From Raillietiella orientalis (lineage: Eukaryota): a stretch of DNA of 64,000 nucleotides. The notes below the pieces were generated by a model. That model saw only the letters and a list, made by a program, of their open reading frames with translations. It ran no database searches and was not told the DNA's origin. Positions within the stretch are counted from its first letter, which is position 1. Each line of letters begins with the position of its first letter. The position numbers were made by a program, and so were the translations under genes. Shown piece after piece: positions 22,900 through 36,100 of this stretch. The DNA lies in the NCBI GenBank assembly GCA_036172245.1, contig JAYWIR010000105.1, positions 1 through 64,000 of the forward strand, read 5' to 3'.

Positions 22900-25208
22900 C
22901 AGTTGGAGGACGTGTTTTTCCTTCACTCCTCAAAGAGTAGTAGGAAAGCGCTTTCTTGTGTGTGGTGTTTTCTGTACATCATCGTTGTCCAATGGCCACG
23001 ACTTTAGAGGACACTGCGATGGAGGTGGGAAAGGGGGAGGCTAGTTCGCCCCACAGCCTACTGGAGCAAAAGCAGCCGCTCCGGAATCATCCCCGGTCAC
23101 GCCGTGGACATGGAGCGCCATGGTGGCCGCGCCCAGCGCAGAAGCCATGGCGGAGATGGCCGCATACAAGGCCTCCTTGTACAAGCCATCGCTTGTCTAC
23201 GAGGTAGGCAACTTGTTCGACGGCCGTACAGCGCGCGCCTTCAGCAAAGCGTTGAAGGACGCGAATGTCACCGAGAAGGATCTGGACGGCCTCTCCGTCC
23301 TCAGCGGCGGGCAGCGGATCGAGGTAGTCTGCAAAGATGTCACCTTGGCTCACCGCCTAATCCATGCGCCGCTGAACGTAGACGGCCGCCAGATCCTGCC
23401 AGTATGAATGGACCGATCCGTGGTGGTCCACATGACTAGCATCAGCAGCCGCATGACGCAATCAACGGTTGGTGAGGACTTACGGAAGTAAACTGAGGTG
23501 CACGCACTGTGGACGAAACCCTCCATTTTCGACGGCTTCGATAGCCTTTTTGGTGGTCAGGCTGCAGCGCGGTTCACCGAAAGGAAGAATTGTGGGCTTC
23601 ACCACAAACTACAGGTGGCGCAAGAAAACGTCGACCTGTGGTATGTAGGGAAGCCCCTGTATTGCGGGAATTGTGATACCGTGGGACAGCTAGGTAAAAG
23701 GTGTCTTAATATACAATGCCATTTGTGCAGGGTGCGGGGCCACGTTCGGCGCGTGTGCCCCAAACGCCCCACTTCGGTTCCCCCTGCCGCAAAAAAAGCG
23801 CCGGGTAAACGCGCTTTAAAGGTCTCTAGACCTAAAGTAGAAAAGGCCCAGCACAAGCTGCCAACACCTCAACCTCCGGCGCGTAAGCCAGAGGATAAAC
23901 CTTCTGAAACGGTGGAAGGCGAAGACGGATAGCAGCTTGTAGAGGCCAGAAAACCAAGGAAACTCCCACCCGCGAAGAGCAAAGAGCGCAAGACGGCCAA
24001 TTAGTTGAAAAAACCCGGTCCGCGCTCGAAAACTCTGCGCGAGTGCACGGTGGCACTGGAACGAATCGTCGTTCCCGAGATTGCTACCCGGAGCGTCGAT
24101 CAGCCCTTGCCGTTTCCGCTGTTTTCGAAGCTCGCGACGGCGAACGCTCTGTTTACACAGAGGGTGAGCTGCGGGACATAGCGGCGGTCGAAGCCGCAGA
24201 CGCCGCGTTCGCGCAGGCGGCGGAGGAGCTCGCGGTCACGCTGGCCGAGCGTGAGAATCCCTCACGCAAGGCCGTGCGAAGGCCGACTCCGGCGAGGAAG
24301 GCCCCCACAGGTGAGTAAGACCTGGGGTCCGGAAGTACATCCTCCTCCTCGGAGGCACCCCCCAGGAATTCAGGACGCAAGTCCCAGAAGCCCAGGAGGG
24401 GCCTCCCCTCCTCCAGCGAGGAGGAGAAGACGGAAGCCGCCGCCAGCGTGGGAAATTCGGAGGATGAATTCCCACGCTCGGAAGCCGTCGATGCGGCCAT
24501 CCCTATGAAGGAGGGTGAACAGGGGGGTGGAGTCTCCCCTGCAGGCGCCGACCCTGAACAGCCCGCCCCCATGGAGGAGGGCGAACACGTACGCGCGACC
24601 CCACCTTTGGGTGATCCGCTCGACGTACAGTTTCCTATGGAGGAGGGGGACCAGGTGCCTACAGCACCTGACCCCCCTCCTCCACCTAGCGTCCCGCCCC
24701 AGCAGGTGGCGGACGCCGCACTGCCATCTTACCAGGAGTAACACCTGGGCTCGCCAGTCGCCGTCGGATTCGCGCGGCCTGTTGGAATGTCAACGGGCTG
24801 CGCGACGACAGTAATAGGCGAGATAAAGCCGACACCCTGCGGGAATTCGACCTGGCCCTGTTGCAGGAGATCCACGTGATCACCGCAGCAGACGTCCAGG
24901 AGATCGAGACGATCGCGGGAGGTCGGCTGTACTGGCAAAGCAGCATCCGCAACACCTGCGGGGTCGCGTTCTTCGTGAAGCCGGCCACGGACGCTGCCGT
25001 GAAGGGCGTGCGCTTCGATGACGACGGCAGGGTCGGTCAGCTGATTCTCAGTGGTCCTAATCGATCGAACTGATCGTCACGAATGTGTACGCCCCCAGCC
25101 GTAAACAGGGATACAGCGACCGCACCAGGCTGCTGGAATCCATGAAGCGCGACTGGCTGGCGGACACGAACGTGCGGAAGGCTCACCTCATTGCGGGCGA
25201 TTTCAATC
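22900..25208 (+). mobile_element. LINE copy A3, 5' part only (decayed ORF1 22992-24741 and APE up to GDFN); interrupted by B2-B4, 3' part absent
   Basis: Starts CAGTTGGAGGACGTG like A4; separated from A1 by CCTCCCAGGC (22890-22899); ends at HLIAGDFN. Confidence 0.9.
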
Positions 25209-25214
25209 GAGTGC

Positions 25215-25227
25215 GGACGTGTTTTTC
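25215..25227 (+). promoter_or_regulatory. Representative 5'-terminal GGACGTG(T)n motif, DPE-like internal promoter candidate
   Basis: Present, exact or with 1-2 substitutions, within ~15 nt of all 13 visible 5' ends; function inferred only from resemblance to RGWCGTG. Confidence 0.55.
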
Positions 25228-25286
25228 TTCGCTCTCGTCTCCGTGCTTTCATCCGCTTCATCTTGGCGTCGTACATTTTGACGACG

Positions 25287-27210
25287 ATGTCGACCCAACT
25301 TGAAGCTACTGAAGTTGGAGGAACAGCATCCGGATCTGCAATCGCGGAACCGACGGCCGCCTCCACTTCGTCTTTCTCGCCAATGGAGAGGAGTTTTGCT
25401 GACGTTGCTGCCACAGCAGCCGTCAAAGGGAAACCACTCGACGAGTCGGAGTTGCGGGCATACGTAGCCCAAGGCTATAGACCTGCTCTCCGATATAAGG
25501 TGAGTGGTTTTCTTTCTGCGCGCGACGGGAATCAGTTCAACGATGAACTGACGCGTGTTGGCGTGCGGGAGGAGGACCTTCTCGCCATTATGCCCGTAAA
25601 AGACATGGGCTATTTCAAGGTGCGTTGCAAAGACGCTGCACTTGTGCAACGCTTGCTGCGCACCCCGTTGTCGATCCGTGGCCAGAAGGTCTTCCCGGCC
25701 GCCATGGACGACTCATTTGTGGCGGAGATTTTCGACATCGAGTCGGAAATCTCCGATACTGATATTCGGAACGCGTTGGCGAAATTCGCCACGGTCCATG
25801 CGCTGTGGAGGGTGCGTAGCAACCTCAAGGACTTCCCGTCCATACACAGCGGAGTCGCTGGAGTCCGGCTTACAATGCCGGACCGCCGTCTGCTGCCTAC
25901 CAAAATACAGGTGAATGACACGGTCGTTCACCTGTGGTTCGTGGGCAAAGTAAAAACGTGCGAGCAATGCGGGAACGAGGGGCATTGTTTGGATAAATGC
26001 CCCTCTGGAAAATGCCGTTATTGCAAACTATCCGGGCACCAATTGAAAAATTGCCCGGATCTTTTGCGAAAAAAGGCAGCCGCGGAGCTCCATTTTAAAA
26101 AACAGAGCGCGGATAAAAAGAAAAAATCTGCGAAAAACCTGGAGACCCCACGGCAGAAATTCGGTAAAAACGCGAGGCGGAATGTCGCCCCAAAGCAGCA
26201 GGAAACCTCGAACGCGAAGCCCTGCGCACCCCCTCTCGCGGCAGGGGAGCCGCAAAAGAAAGGGTGCGGGGACTCCGGGGCAATGGTAAGTCCCCCTAGG
26301 CGCAATAGCGGTCCTTCCCAAGCACGCCCGGCTCTCTCGGAGTTCGAGCAACCGGCGGGGACGTCAATGGACAACGGCGGTAAGGACACTTCCAGTACCG
26401 TCAGATCCATTCCTTCACCTCCTGCAGTGGCTGAGAAGCCCAAATCGGGTAAGAAGGGTTGTGCCGTGTCGACTTCGAAAGTCGGCAAAAAAAAAATCCG
26501 CGTCGCGATCCAACACCGCGAAAGCGGAGAAAAATCTCACGCCGTCGCAGTCGGAGAGCAAGCTCTCGACTGGCGCGGATGCCATGCCAACGAAGGGATT
26601 AAAAGCCCTTCCGAAAGCAGCGTCCATGACGAGCGTGTCGGAGCCATCGAAAGTGCTCCCGTCCAAAGACGCGGATGGCTTCAAAGATGGCCATGGAGCA
26701 CAATCTCCATTTACGGCGCCACGCGAAGTGAGGAACCGTAATGAAGTAAAGAAGACTTCAGCAAAGGTCCCTCGTGCAACTGCGCGTGAGCACGCTGAAA
26801 ACGCGCGCGCCGGGAAAGCAGCCGTCACCAAAAGCGATGCTCTGGTGACGGAAAACGAAAACAGGACAGCTGTCAATCCAGCAGAACCTGTCACTGCTTC
26901 GCGGAAGGCCGAAACCCGATCGAACATGCGCCGGTCGGACTCCGAAATGGATGCTGTTCCGATCACCGAGACGAGGACAACTCGTTCGAAAGCGTGTGCG
27001 CGCCGATCAAAAGTAGGCAGCCAGGCAACGCTCGCCGCGAAGCAACGCGAAGTCTCCACGAAACCCGACGGGGTTCAGCCTGGCGTGGAGGCATTACATG
27101 CATGCAGCACGACAGAGGACGGTGGCGACCGTCCCCTCCAGCCAGTCGTGCTGCTCGCCGTCTGCTCGCCGGATAAAGCGAGCAAAAAGCCGCCACCTTC
27201 CCAACAGTAA
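25287..27210 (+). pseudogene. B2 ORF1, single frameshift in an A-run near 26490
   Basis: ORFs 25191-26741 and 26461-27210 join to give the B3 ORF1 protein. Confidence 0.88.
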
Positions 27211-30200
27211 TGCGGGGAATCGCGTCTTCTCGTCGTCTGTCCGTAACGTGTTGGAACGTGAACGGACTGCAGAACGACGAGAAGAGGCGATTAGTAGCCA
27301 ACGCCCTGCGCCCCTTCGACCTCGCGCTCCTGCAAGAGATTCACGTAATCTCCGACGAGCAGGCAGCCGAAATCGAGGAGCGCGCAGGCGGAACGCTACA
27401 TTGGCGGTGCGGCGGCGCACACACGTGCGGCGTCGCGTTCCTCGTAAGAGGAAAAATGGCGGAAGCGGTGCGTAGTGTTCGTTTCGATGACGACGGACGG
27501 ATAGGCCAGATTGTCATCAAGTGGTCCGAGTCCATCGATCTCGTCGTTACGAACGTCTACGCGCCGAGTGGCTCTCGCTACCTCGAAGAAAGAGTAGCTT
27601 TCTTTGGTGAGGTGCAGAGCCAGTGGCTCAACAGCTCCGGCTTCCAAGTGGCGCACCTCGTCGCTGGGGACTTCAACGTCCGCCTGCTCTCCGACGATTG
27701 GAGCCGCCCGAGGGAGCGCGCGCTGCCCATCGAGATGTGCGCGTCCGTGCACGCCGCCAACTTGATGATCAGCGAACCTGGAATGGAAAGATCGCTCGAT
27801 CACGTTTTCCTCGATGAAAACCTGCATTCGCGTGTGGGCAGGAGAGGAAGATTGTTGACTAGGCTTTCTGACCACCACAGGTTGGAGTTTGAGATCCTTC
27901 CGCCAGGCAGGGGGCCTCCGTTGCAAAACTGGAGGATGCAGGCGGATTGGCTTAGCCAACCGGAGGCTGCGGAGCATCTACGTGGATACCTCCGAGGCTT
28001 TGCCATTCAAGAACTTGCGGACTGGGACGATCTCAAAAGATCTGTCCGCGAGTTCTGCTGCCAATTCATCTTGCACCGGCTTCCACGCGGTTTCGGAGAG
28101 GGCGTGGCCAACAGTAGAGACTTTCTGCAGGCCCGCACGTTTTCGAGACGCGCGGATGTCGGGCGTCTCGCAGAGTACAAGGCGAGGGCCGAGCGCCAGG
28201 TCTGGCAGTCCGGAGCAGCATGCCTGTTGGACGACAAAGGCCAGGAATGTTCGGCCCCAGCCGAAGTACGCCGCATTGTGAGACGCTACTACTCCTCGCT
28301 CTACGCGGAATCCCCGACGGAGAATATTCTTTCTGAGATACTCCTGTCTCAGGATGCTCGTGTTGTCGGCGAGGAGGAACGCGAACGTCTCGACGAGCCC
28401 TTCACGGCGGATGAATTTTCGTTCGCCATCGCTGGGCTGAAGAGACGAAAGGCGCCAGGCGAGGATGGGCTCCCTGCAGAGTTTTATCAGTGCTTTGCAG
28501 TGGAGCTCATTCCTTTGATGCTGAAACTCGCGACGCTGATGAGTGAATACGGAAATGTCCCTGATTCCTTCCGCTCAGCGAAGGTGCGTCTCCTGCCGAA
28601 AGGCGGAGACTTGCGCCAACTTAACAACTGGCGTCCGATCACCTTGGTGAACTCGGACGTCAAGTTGTTTTCCAAGCTGTGGGTCGCGCGGTTAGGAAGA
28701 ATCGCGGAATCTGTGGTGAGCCCGGAACAAACCTACGCGGTTCCGGGACGATCCATGGAGGCGAACATCCTTTTCGCGCGTACATGGATGCAGCTGCAGG
28801 AAGTTGTGGCGCAGCAAAGCCAGGCTGCTGCGAAAGTCACTGCCGCAGGCAAAAAGAACAGGCGCCGACGGCAGGAGGGAACGCCAGGTGCCTTGGCGGT
28901 CGCGGTCGATCTCCACAAAGCGTTCGACTGCGTAAACCAGAAGCTGCTTTTGGAGCTTATGGAACGCCTTGGGTTCCCGGCGCAACTCCTGCTGTATTTG
29001 CGCGCGTGCTGGCGCCACGCGCTAACCTGCATCACTTTTAGCGGCTGCCGCGTGTATGGTATTCCCGTTCGTAGGGGCATCCGACAGGGCGACAGCTTAA
29101 GCCCGTTGCTCTTCAGCATCTTCTTTGAGTTGGTGCTAAGAGCATACAGGCTGACGCTGTCTCACTTGCCAAGCTCCTGCCCGGGAACGCCTGCCGTGGC
29201 CGCCTACGCTGATGACCTGCTTCTTCTGCTCCCCATGTCCACCCCGGCGTCCAGTGTCGAGGACTTCTTCGACCTGATTCGTCGGGGAGCGGGCGTGAGC
29301 GTGAACAGAGAGAAGAGCGTGGTCGTTCCTGTGGGTACGTCGTGGGAGGGGCAGTCCGACTGGATACGCCTGGGGATCCCCACGGGCGGGTACTTTAAGT
29401 ACCTTGGCGTTCCGTTGGGCGCTTTCGGCGCAGCCGAAGCGTGGGCGGACTGTCTTCAGAAAGCAGAGTTGGCCATCAGCCCGTTCTTTAACGGCAAGTT
29501 TACCTTGCAGGAACGGGCGACTATTTGGAACACCTTTGTGGCCCCCCTCCTCCGTCCCCTGTTTTTTGTTTTGGACCCCCCTATGCGGCAAAACAGCGGG
29601 CTAAGCGCCTGCTCAGGAACGCTCTCTGGGGTCCGGCGAGATCCAGGATCCGCCTTAAAGATTTGTCAGCTCCGCGTCGGGATGCTGGTTTGGGTATCCT
29701 GACAATGGAGCGAATCGGACTGCAGGTGCAGTTCCGACTGCTGGCACTGTGTGCCCAGCTATGGACATCCCCCCTGTGTGTGCCAGCTCGCATTCTCCTG
29801 CGGAGATGCGCCGGCAGCGGAGGATTTCTCTCGCTTTTGCCGGGCACTCAATACAGGAAGCGGGGTTTCGGGTTTCCATTGCGGCAGTTGACCGCACTTC
29901 TGGAAGCACACACTTGGATCTCCTGCCGCCCAATGAACTTTGAAGCTTGGCGGCAGGAGTCTGTTGAATCCTGGGCGGCGTTCCAAGGAATACGCCCTGA
30001 AGATCTTCGCCCCCTGCGCCAATTTTTTCCACGATCCTTGGAAGAAGTACTGCAGGACGAGGTGAAGTTTTCTACACTGGCTGCCACGCCTCTTGCCGCA
30101 GCGCTGTCTGCCCTCAGGGCAAGAAACGACAGTTACCAACCGGCGAGGTGGGAGGTTTCCTGCACGATAGCGGGAAGAACCAAACTCCTTGGCACCTGGA

Positions 30201-30802
30201 AGCCAAGTGAGTTGGCGGACGCCGCCACTCCTCGTGTTACTGCAAAGGGACTCCTCCGGTGGGCAGAAGAACTTGCTGTCACCCCCGAAGAACTTGTAGT
30301 CCCTCCACAGTGTATGGACAGTTCGCTGCTCCCCCTTGCTTGGAAACAAGCCGTGCTGCTTTTCGTTCACTGGGGTTTTCAGTGCAACGAGCGTTGGCAT
30401 CGTGACTCTGGGGGACTTGCGTCTGCGAACTGCGTTCGGTGCGGGTCGACGGAGTCGATTCCGCACCTACTTCTGGACTGCGGTGTCCTACAAGGACTGT
30501 GGCGTAGGCTGGCAACAGCACTATTGCATCCCGTGGACACCGCAAGAGACTTGCTGCGACGATTCTTCACGCCGAGCGGGCTTTCAGTAAGCGCAAGGAT
30601 TGCAACTATCGGTTGCATACGCGCGATAGTTTCCGTCCGCCAGGCGTTGGTAATCAACGGACAGTACCAAGAGGTAATCAGCAAAGCATCCTTCTACATG
30701 GGAGCATCCGCTAGATGGCCTCATTTGACAGAGGAGACAAAGAGGAATCTCGCCGCAATACACCGCCGGTTTACACACCCTCATCAGCGGCCAACCCGGT
30801 GA
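27210..30802 (+). pseudogene. B2 ORF2 APE-RT-CCHC, single frameshift in a C-run near 29580 (nearly intact, ~1200 aa)
   Basis: 830-aa and 425-aa ORFs overlap; all catalytic motifs present; CVRCGSTESIPHLLLDC. Confidence 0.92.
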
Positions 30803-31202
30803 TCATTGCCCTACCCTCCATAAACTAAATTTGTATTTTCTTTTTACACCCGCGTCCCCATAGGCTCCGGAACATTTGAGGTGCTCATCGTTTAAATCCC
30901 CGTGAGTACGGAGCCTAACCAAAACCCCTTTTCCCTTCCCTCCAGTTTTTGATTTTTGTTTGTTTCCCCTCATTCCCCCCACGCTGCGAGCGGTTTGTTT
31001 ACCAGGCCTGCGTGGCGGTAATTTTTCTATGTTCTCTGTCGTTCTGTTGGTTGGGGACATTGTCCCTGACCAGTTTATTATAATTAATAAACGCCCCGGC
31101 GTGACCGGGTGATAAATTTCAATCGAGTGCGGACGTGTTTTTCTTCGCTCTCGTCTCCGTGCTTTCATCCGCTTCATCTTGGCGTCGTACATTTTGACGA
31201 CG

Positions 31203-33119
31203 ATGTCGACCCAACTTGAAGCTACTGAAGTTGGAGGAACAGCATCCGGATCTGCAATCGCGGAACCGACGGCCTCCTCCACTTCGTCTCTCTCGCCAAT
31301 GGAGAGGAGTTTTGCTGACGTTGCTGCCACAGCAGCCGTCAAAGGGAAACCACTCGACGAGTCGGAGTTGCGGGCATACGTAGCCCAAGGCTATAGACCT
31401 GCTCTCCGATATAAGGTGAGTGGTTTTCTTTCTGCGCGCGACGGGAATCAGTTCATCGATGAACTGACCCGTGTTGGCGTGCGGGAGGAGGACCTTCTCG
31501 CCATTATGCCCGTAAAAGACATGGGCTATTTCAAGGTGCGTTGCAAAGACGCTGCACTTGTGCAACGCTTGCTGTGCACCCCGTTGTCGATCCGTGGCCA
31601 GAAGGTCTTCCCGGCCGCCATGGACGACTCATTTGTGGTGGAGATTTTCGACATCGAGTCGGAAATCTCCGATACTGATATTCGGAACGCGTTGGCGAAA
31701 TTCGCCACGGTCCATGCGCTGTGGAGGGTGCGTAGCAACCTCAAGGACTTCCCGTCCATACACAGAGGAGTCGCTGGAGTCCGGCTTACAATGCCGGACC
31801 GCCGTCTGCTGCCCACCAAACTACAGGTGAAAGACACGGTCGTTCACCTGTGGTTCGTGGGCAAAGTAAGAACGTGCGAGCAATGCGGGAAGGAGGGGCA
31901 TTGTTTGGATAAATGCCCCTCTGGAAAATGCCGTTATTGCAAACTATCCGGGCACCAATTGAAAAATTGCCCGGATCTTTTGCGAAAAAAGGCAGCCGCG
32001 GAGCTCCATTTTAAAAAACAAAGCGCGGATAAAAAGAAAAAATCTGCGAAAAACCTGGAGACCAAACGGCAGAAATTCGGTAAAAACGCGAGGCGGAATG
32101 TCGCCCCAAAGCAGCAGGAAACCTCGCACGCGAAGCCCTGCGCACCCCCTCTCGCGGCAGGGGAGTTGCAAAAGAAAGGGTGCGGGGAATCCGGGGCAAT
32201 GGTAAGTCCCCCTAGGCGCAATAGCTGTCCTTCGCAAGCACGCCCGGATCTCTCGGAGTTCGAGCAACCGGCGGGGACGCCAATGGACAACGGCGGTAGG
32301 GACACTTTCAGTACCGTCAGATCCATTCCTCCACCTCCTGCAGTGGCTGAGAAGCCCAAATCGGGTAAGAAGGGTTGTGCCGTGTCGACTTCGAAAGTCG
32401 GAAAAAAAAAATCTGCGTCGCGATCCAACACCGCGAAAGCGGAGAAAAACCTCACGGCGTCGCAGTCGGAGAGCAAGCTCTCGAATGGCGCGGATGCGAT
32501 GCCAACGAAGGGATTAAAAGCCCTTCCGAGGGCAGCGTCCATGACGAGCGTGTCGGAGCCATCGAAAGTTCTCCCGTCCAAAGACGCGGATGGCTTCAAA
32601 GATGGCCATGGAGCACAATCTCCATTTACGGCGCCACGCGAAGTAAGGAACCGTAATGAAGTAAAGAAGACTTCAGCAAAGGTCCCTCGTGCAACTGCGC
32701 GTGAGCACGCTGAAAACGCGCGCGCCGGGAAAGCAGCCGTCACCAAAAGCGATGCTCTGGTGACGGAAAACGAAAAGAGGACAGCTGTCAATCCAGCAGA
32801 ACCTGTCACTGCTTCGCGGAAGGCCGAAACCCGATCGAACATGCGCCGGTCAGACTCCGAAATGGATGCCGTTCCGATCACCGAGACGAGGACAACTCGT
32901 TCGAAAGCGTGTGCGCCCCGATCAAAAGTAGGCAGCCAGGCAACGCTCGCCGCGAAGCAACGCGAAGTCTCCACGAAACCCGACGGGGTTAAGCCTGGCG
33001 TGGAGGCATTACATGCATGCAGCACGACAGAGGACGGTGGCGACCGTCCCCTCCAGCCAGTCGTGCTGCTCGCCGTCTGCTCGCCGGATAAAGCGAGCAA
33101 AAAGCTGCCACCTTCTTAG
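31203..33119 (+). CDS. B3 ORF1, essentially intact (stops two codons early)
   Basis: Open frame with both knuckles; TAG at 33117-19 replaces a Gln codon. Confidence 0.88.
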   Translation: MSTQLEATEVGGTASGSAIAEPTASSTSSLSPMERSFADVAATAAVKGKPLDESELRAYVAQGYRPALRYKVSGFLSARDGNQFIDELTRVGVREEDLLAIMPVKDMGYFKVRCKDAALVQRLLCTPLSIRGQKVFPAAMDDSFVVEIFDIESEISDTDIRNALAKFATVHALWRVRSNLKDFPSIHRGVAGVRLTMPDRRLLPTKLQVKDTVVHLWFVGKVRTCEQCGKEGHCLDKCPSGKCRYCKLSGHQLKNCPDLLRKKAAAELHFKKQSADKKKKSAKNLETKRQKFGKNARRNVAPKQQETSHAKPCAPPLAAGELQKKGCGESGAMVSPPRRNSCPSQARPDLSEFEQPAGTPMDNGGRDTFSTVRSIPPPPAVAEKPKSGKKGCAVSTSKVGKKKSASRSNTAKAEKNLTASQSESKLSNGADAMPTKGLKALPRAASMTSVSEPSKVLPSKDADGFKDGHGAQSPFTAPREVRNRNEVKKTSAKVPRATAREHAENARAGKAAVTKSDALVTENEKRTAVNPAEPVTASRKAETRSNMRRSDSEMDAVPITETRTTRSKACAPRSKVGSQATLAAKQREVSTKPDGVKPGVEALHACSTTEDGGDRPLQPVVLLAVCSPDKASKKLPPS

Positions 33120-33124
33120 CAGTA

Positions 33125-36100
33125 ATGCGGGTAATCGCGTCTTCTCGTTGTCTGTCCGTAACGTGTTGGAACGTGAACGGACTGCAGAACGACGAGAAGA
33201 GGCGATTAGTAGCCAACGCCCTGCGCCCCTTCGACCTCGCGCTGCTGCAGGAGATTCACGTAATCTCCGACGAGCAGGCAGCCGAAATTGAGGAGCGCGC
33301 AGGCGGAACGCTACATTGGCAGTGCGGCGGCGCACACACGTGCGGCGGCGCGTTCCTCGTAAGAGGAAAAATGGCGGAAGCGGTGCGCAGTGTTTGTTTC
33401 GATGACAACGGACGGATAGGCCAGCTTGTCATCAAGTGGTCCGAGTCCATCGATCTCGTCGTTACGAACGTCTACGCGCCGAGTGGCTCTCGCTACCTCG
33501 AAGAAAGAGTAGCTTTCTTTGGTGAGGTGCAGAGCCAGTGGCTCAACAGCTCCGGCTTCCAAGTGGCGCACCTCGCCGCTGGGGACTTCAACGTCCGCCT
33601 GCTCTCCGACGATTGGAGCCGCCCGAGGGAGCGCGCGCTGCCCACCGAGATGTGCGCGTCCGTGCACGCCGCCAACTTGATGGTCAGCGAACCTGGAATG
33701 GAAAGATCGCTCGATCACGTTTTCCTCGATGAAAACCTGCATTCGCGTGTGGGTAGGAGAGGAAGATTGTTGACTGAGCTTTCTGACCACCACAGGTTGG
33801 AGTTTGAGATCTTTCCGCCAGGCAGGGGGCCTCCGTTGCAAAGCTGGAGGATGCAGGCGGATTGGTTTAGCCAACCGGAGGCTGCGGAGCATCTACGTGG
33901 ATACCTCCGGGGCTTTGCCATTCAAGAACTTGCGGACTGGGACGATCTCAAAAGATCTGTCCGCGAATTCTGTTGCCCATTCCCCTTGCATCGGCTTCCA
34001 CGCGGTTTCGGAGAGGGCGTGGCCAACAGTAGAGACTTTCTGCAGGCCCGCACGTTTTCGAGACGCGCGGATGTCGGGCGTCTTGCAGAGTACAAGGCGA
34101 GGGCCGAGCGCCAGGTCTGGCAGTCCGGAGCAGCATGCCTGTTGGACGACAAAAGCCAGGAATGTTCGGCCCCAGCCGGAGTACGCCGCATTGTGAGACC
34201 CTACTACTCCTCGCTCTACGCGGAATCCCCGACGGAGGATATTCTTTCTGAGATACTCCTGTCTCAGGATGCTCGTGTTGTCGGCGAGGAGGAACGCGAA
34301 CGTCTCGACGAGCCCTTCACGGCGGATGAATTTTCGTCCGCCATCGCTGGGCTGAAGAGACGAAAGGCGCCAGGCGAGGATGGACTCCCTGCAGAGTTTT
34401 ATCAGTGCTTTGCAGTGGAGCTCATTCCCTTGATGCTCAAACTCGCGAAGCTGATGAGTGAATCCGGGAATGTCCCTGATTCCTTCCGCTCAGCGAAGGT
34501 GCGTCTCCTGCCGAAAGACGGAGACTTGCGCCAGCTTAACAACTGGCGTCCGATCACCTTGGTGAACTCGGACTTCAAGTTGTTTTCCAAGCTGTGGGTC
34601 GCGCGGTTAGGAAGAATCGCGGAATCTGTGGTGAGCTCGGAACAAACCTACGCGGTTTCGGGACGATCCATGGAGGCGAACATCCTTTTCGCGCGTACAT
34701 GGATGCAGCTGCAGGAAGTTGTGGCGCAGCAAAGCCAGGCTGCTGCGAAAGTCACTGCCGCAGGCAAAAAGAACAGGCGCCGACGGTAGGAGGAAACGCC
34801 AGGTGCCTTGGCGGTCGCGGTCGATCTCCACAAGGCGTTCGACTGCGTAAACCAGAAGCTGCTTTTGGAGCTTATGGAACGCCTTGGGTTCCCGGCGCAA
34901 CTCCTGCTGTATTTGCGCGCGTGCTGGCGCCACGCGCTAACCTGCATCACTTTTAGCGGCTGCCGCGTGTATGGTATTCCCGTTCGTAGGGGCATCCGAC
35001 AGGGCGACAGCTTAAGCCCGTTGCTCTTCAGCATCTTCTTTGAGTTGGTGCTAAGAGCATACAGGCTGACGCTGTTTCACTTGCCAAGCTCCTGCCCGGG
35101 AACGCCTGCCGTGGCCGCCTACGCTGATGACCTGCTTCTTCTGCTCCCCATGTCCACCCCGGCGTCCAGTGTCGAGGATTTCTTCGACCTGATTCGTCGG
35201 GGAGCGGGCGTGAGCGTGAACTGAGAGAAGAGCGTGGTCGTTCCTGTGGGTACGTCGTGGGAGGGGCAGTCCGACTGGATCCGCCTGGGGATCCCCACGG
35301 GCGGGTACTTTAAGTACCTTAACGTTCCGTTGGGCGCTTTCAGCGCAGCCGAAGCGTGGGCGGACTGCCTTCAGGAAGCAGAGTTGGCCATCAGCCCGTT
35401 CTTTAACGGCAAGTTTACCTTGCAGGAACGGGCGACTATTTGGAACACCTTTGTGGCCCCCCTCCTCCGTCCCCTGTTTTTTGTTTTGGACCCCTCCTAT
35501 GCGGCAAAACAGCGGGCTAAGCGCCTGCTCAGGAACGCTCTCTGGGGTCCGGCGAGATCCAGATTCCGCCTTAAAGATTTGTCAGCTCCGCGTCGGGATG
35601 CTGGTTTGGGTATCCTGACAATGGAGCGAATCGGACTGCAGGTGCAGTTCCGACTGCTGGCACTGTGTGCCCAGCTATGGACATCCCTCCTGTGTGTGCC
35701 AGCTCGCATTCTCCTGCGGAGATGCGCCGGCAGCGGAGGATTACTCTCGCTTTTGCCGGGCACTCAATACAGGAAGCGGGGTTTCGGTTTTCCATTGCGG
35801 CAGTTGACCGCACTTCTGGAAGCACACTCTTGGATCTCCTGCCGCTCAATGAACTTTGAAGCTTGGCGGCAGGAGTCTGTTGAATCCTGGGCGGCGTTTC
35901 AAGGAATACGCCCTGAAGATTTTCTTTCCCTGCGCCAATTTTTTCCACGATCCTTGGAAGAAGTACTGCAGGACGAGTTGAAGTTTTCTATGCTGGCTGC
36001 CACGCCTCTTGCCGCAGCGCTGTCTGCCCTGAGGGCAAGAAACGACAGTTACCAACCGGCGAGGTAAGAGGTTTCCTGCACGATAGCGGGAAGAACCAAA

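Larger units (their letters stand above)
25209..31115 (+). mobile_element. Full-length LINE copy B2
   Basis: Flanked by ATTTCAATC at 25200-25208 and 31116-31124. Confidence 0.95.
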
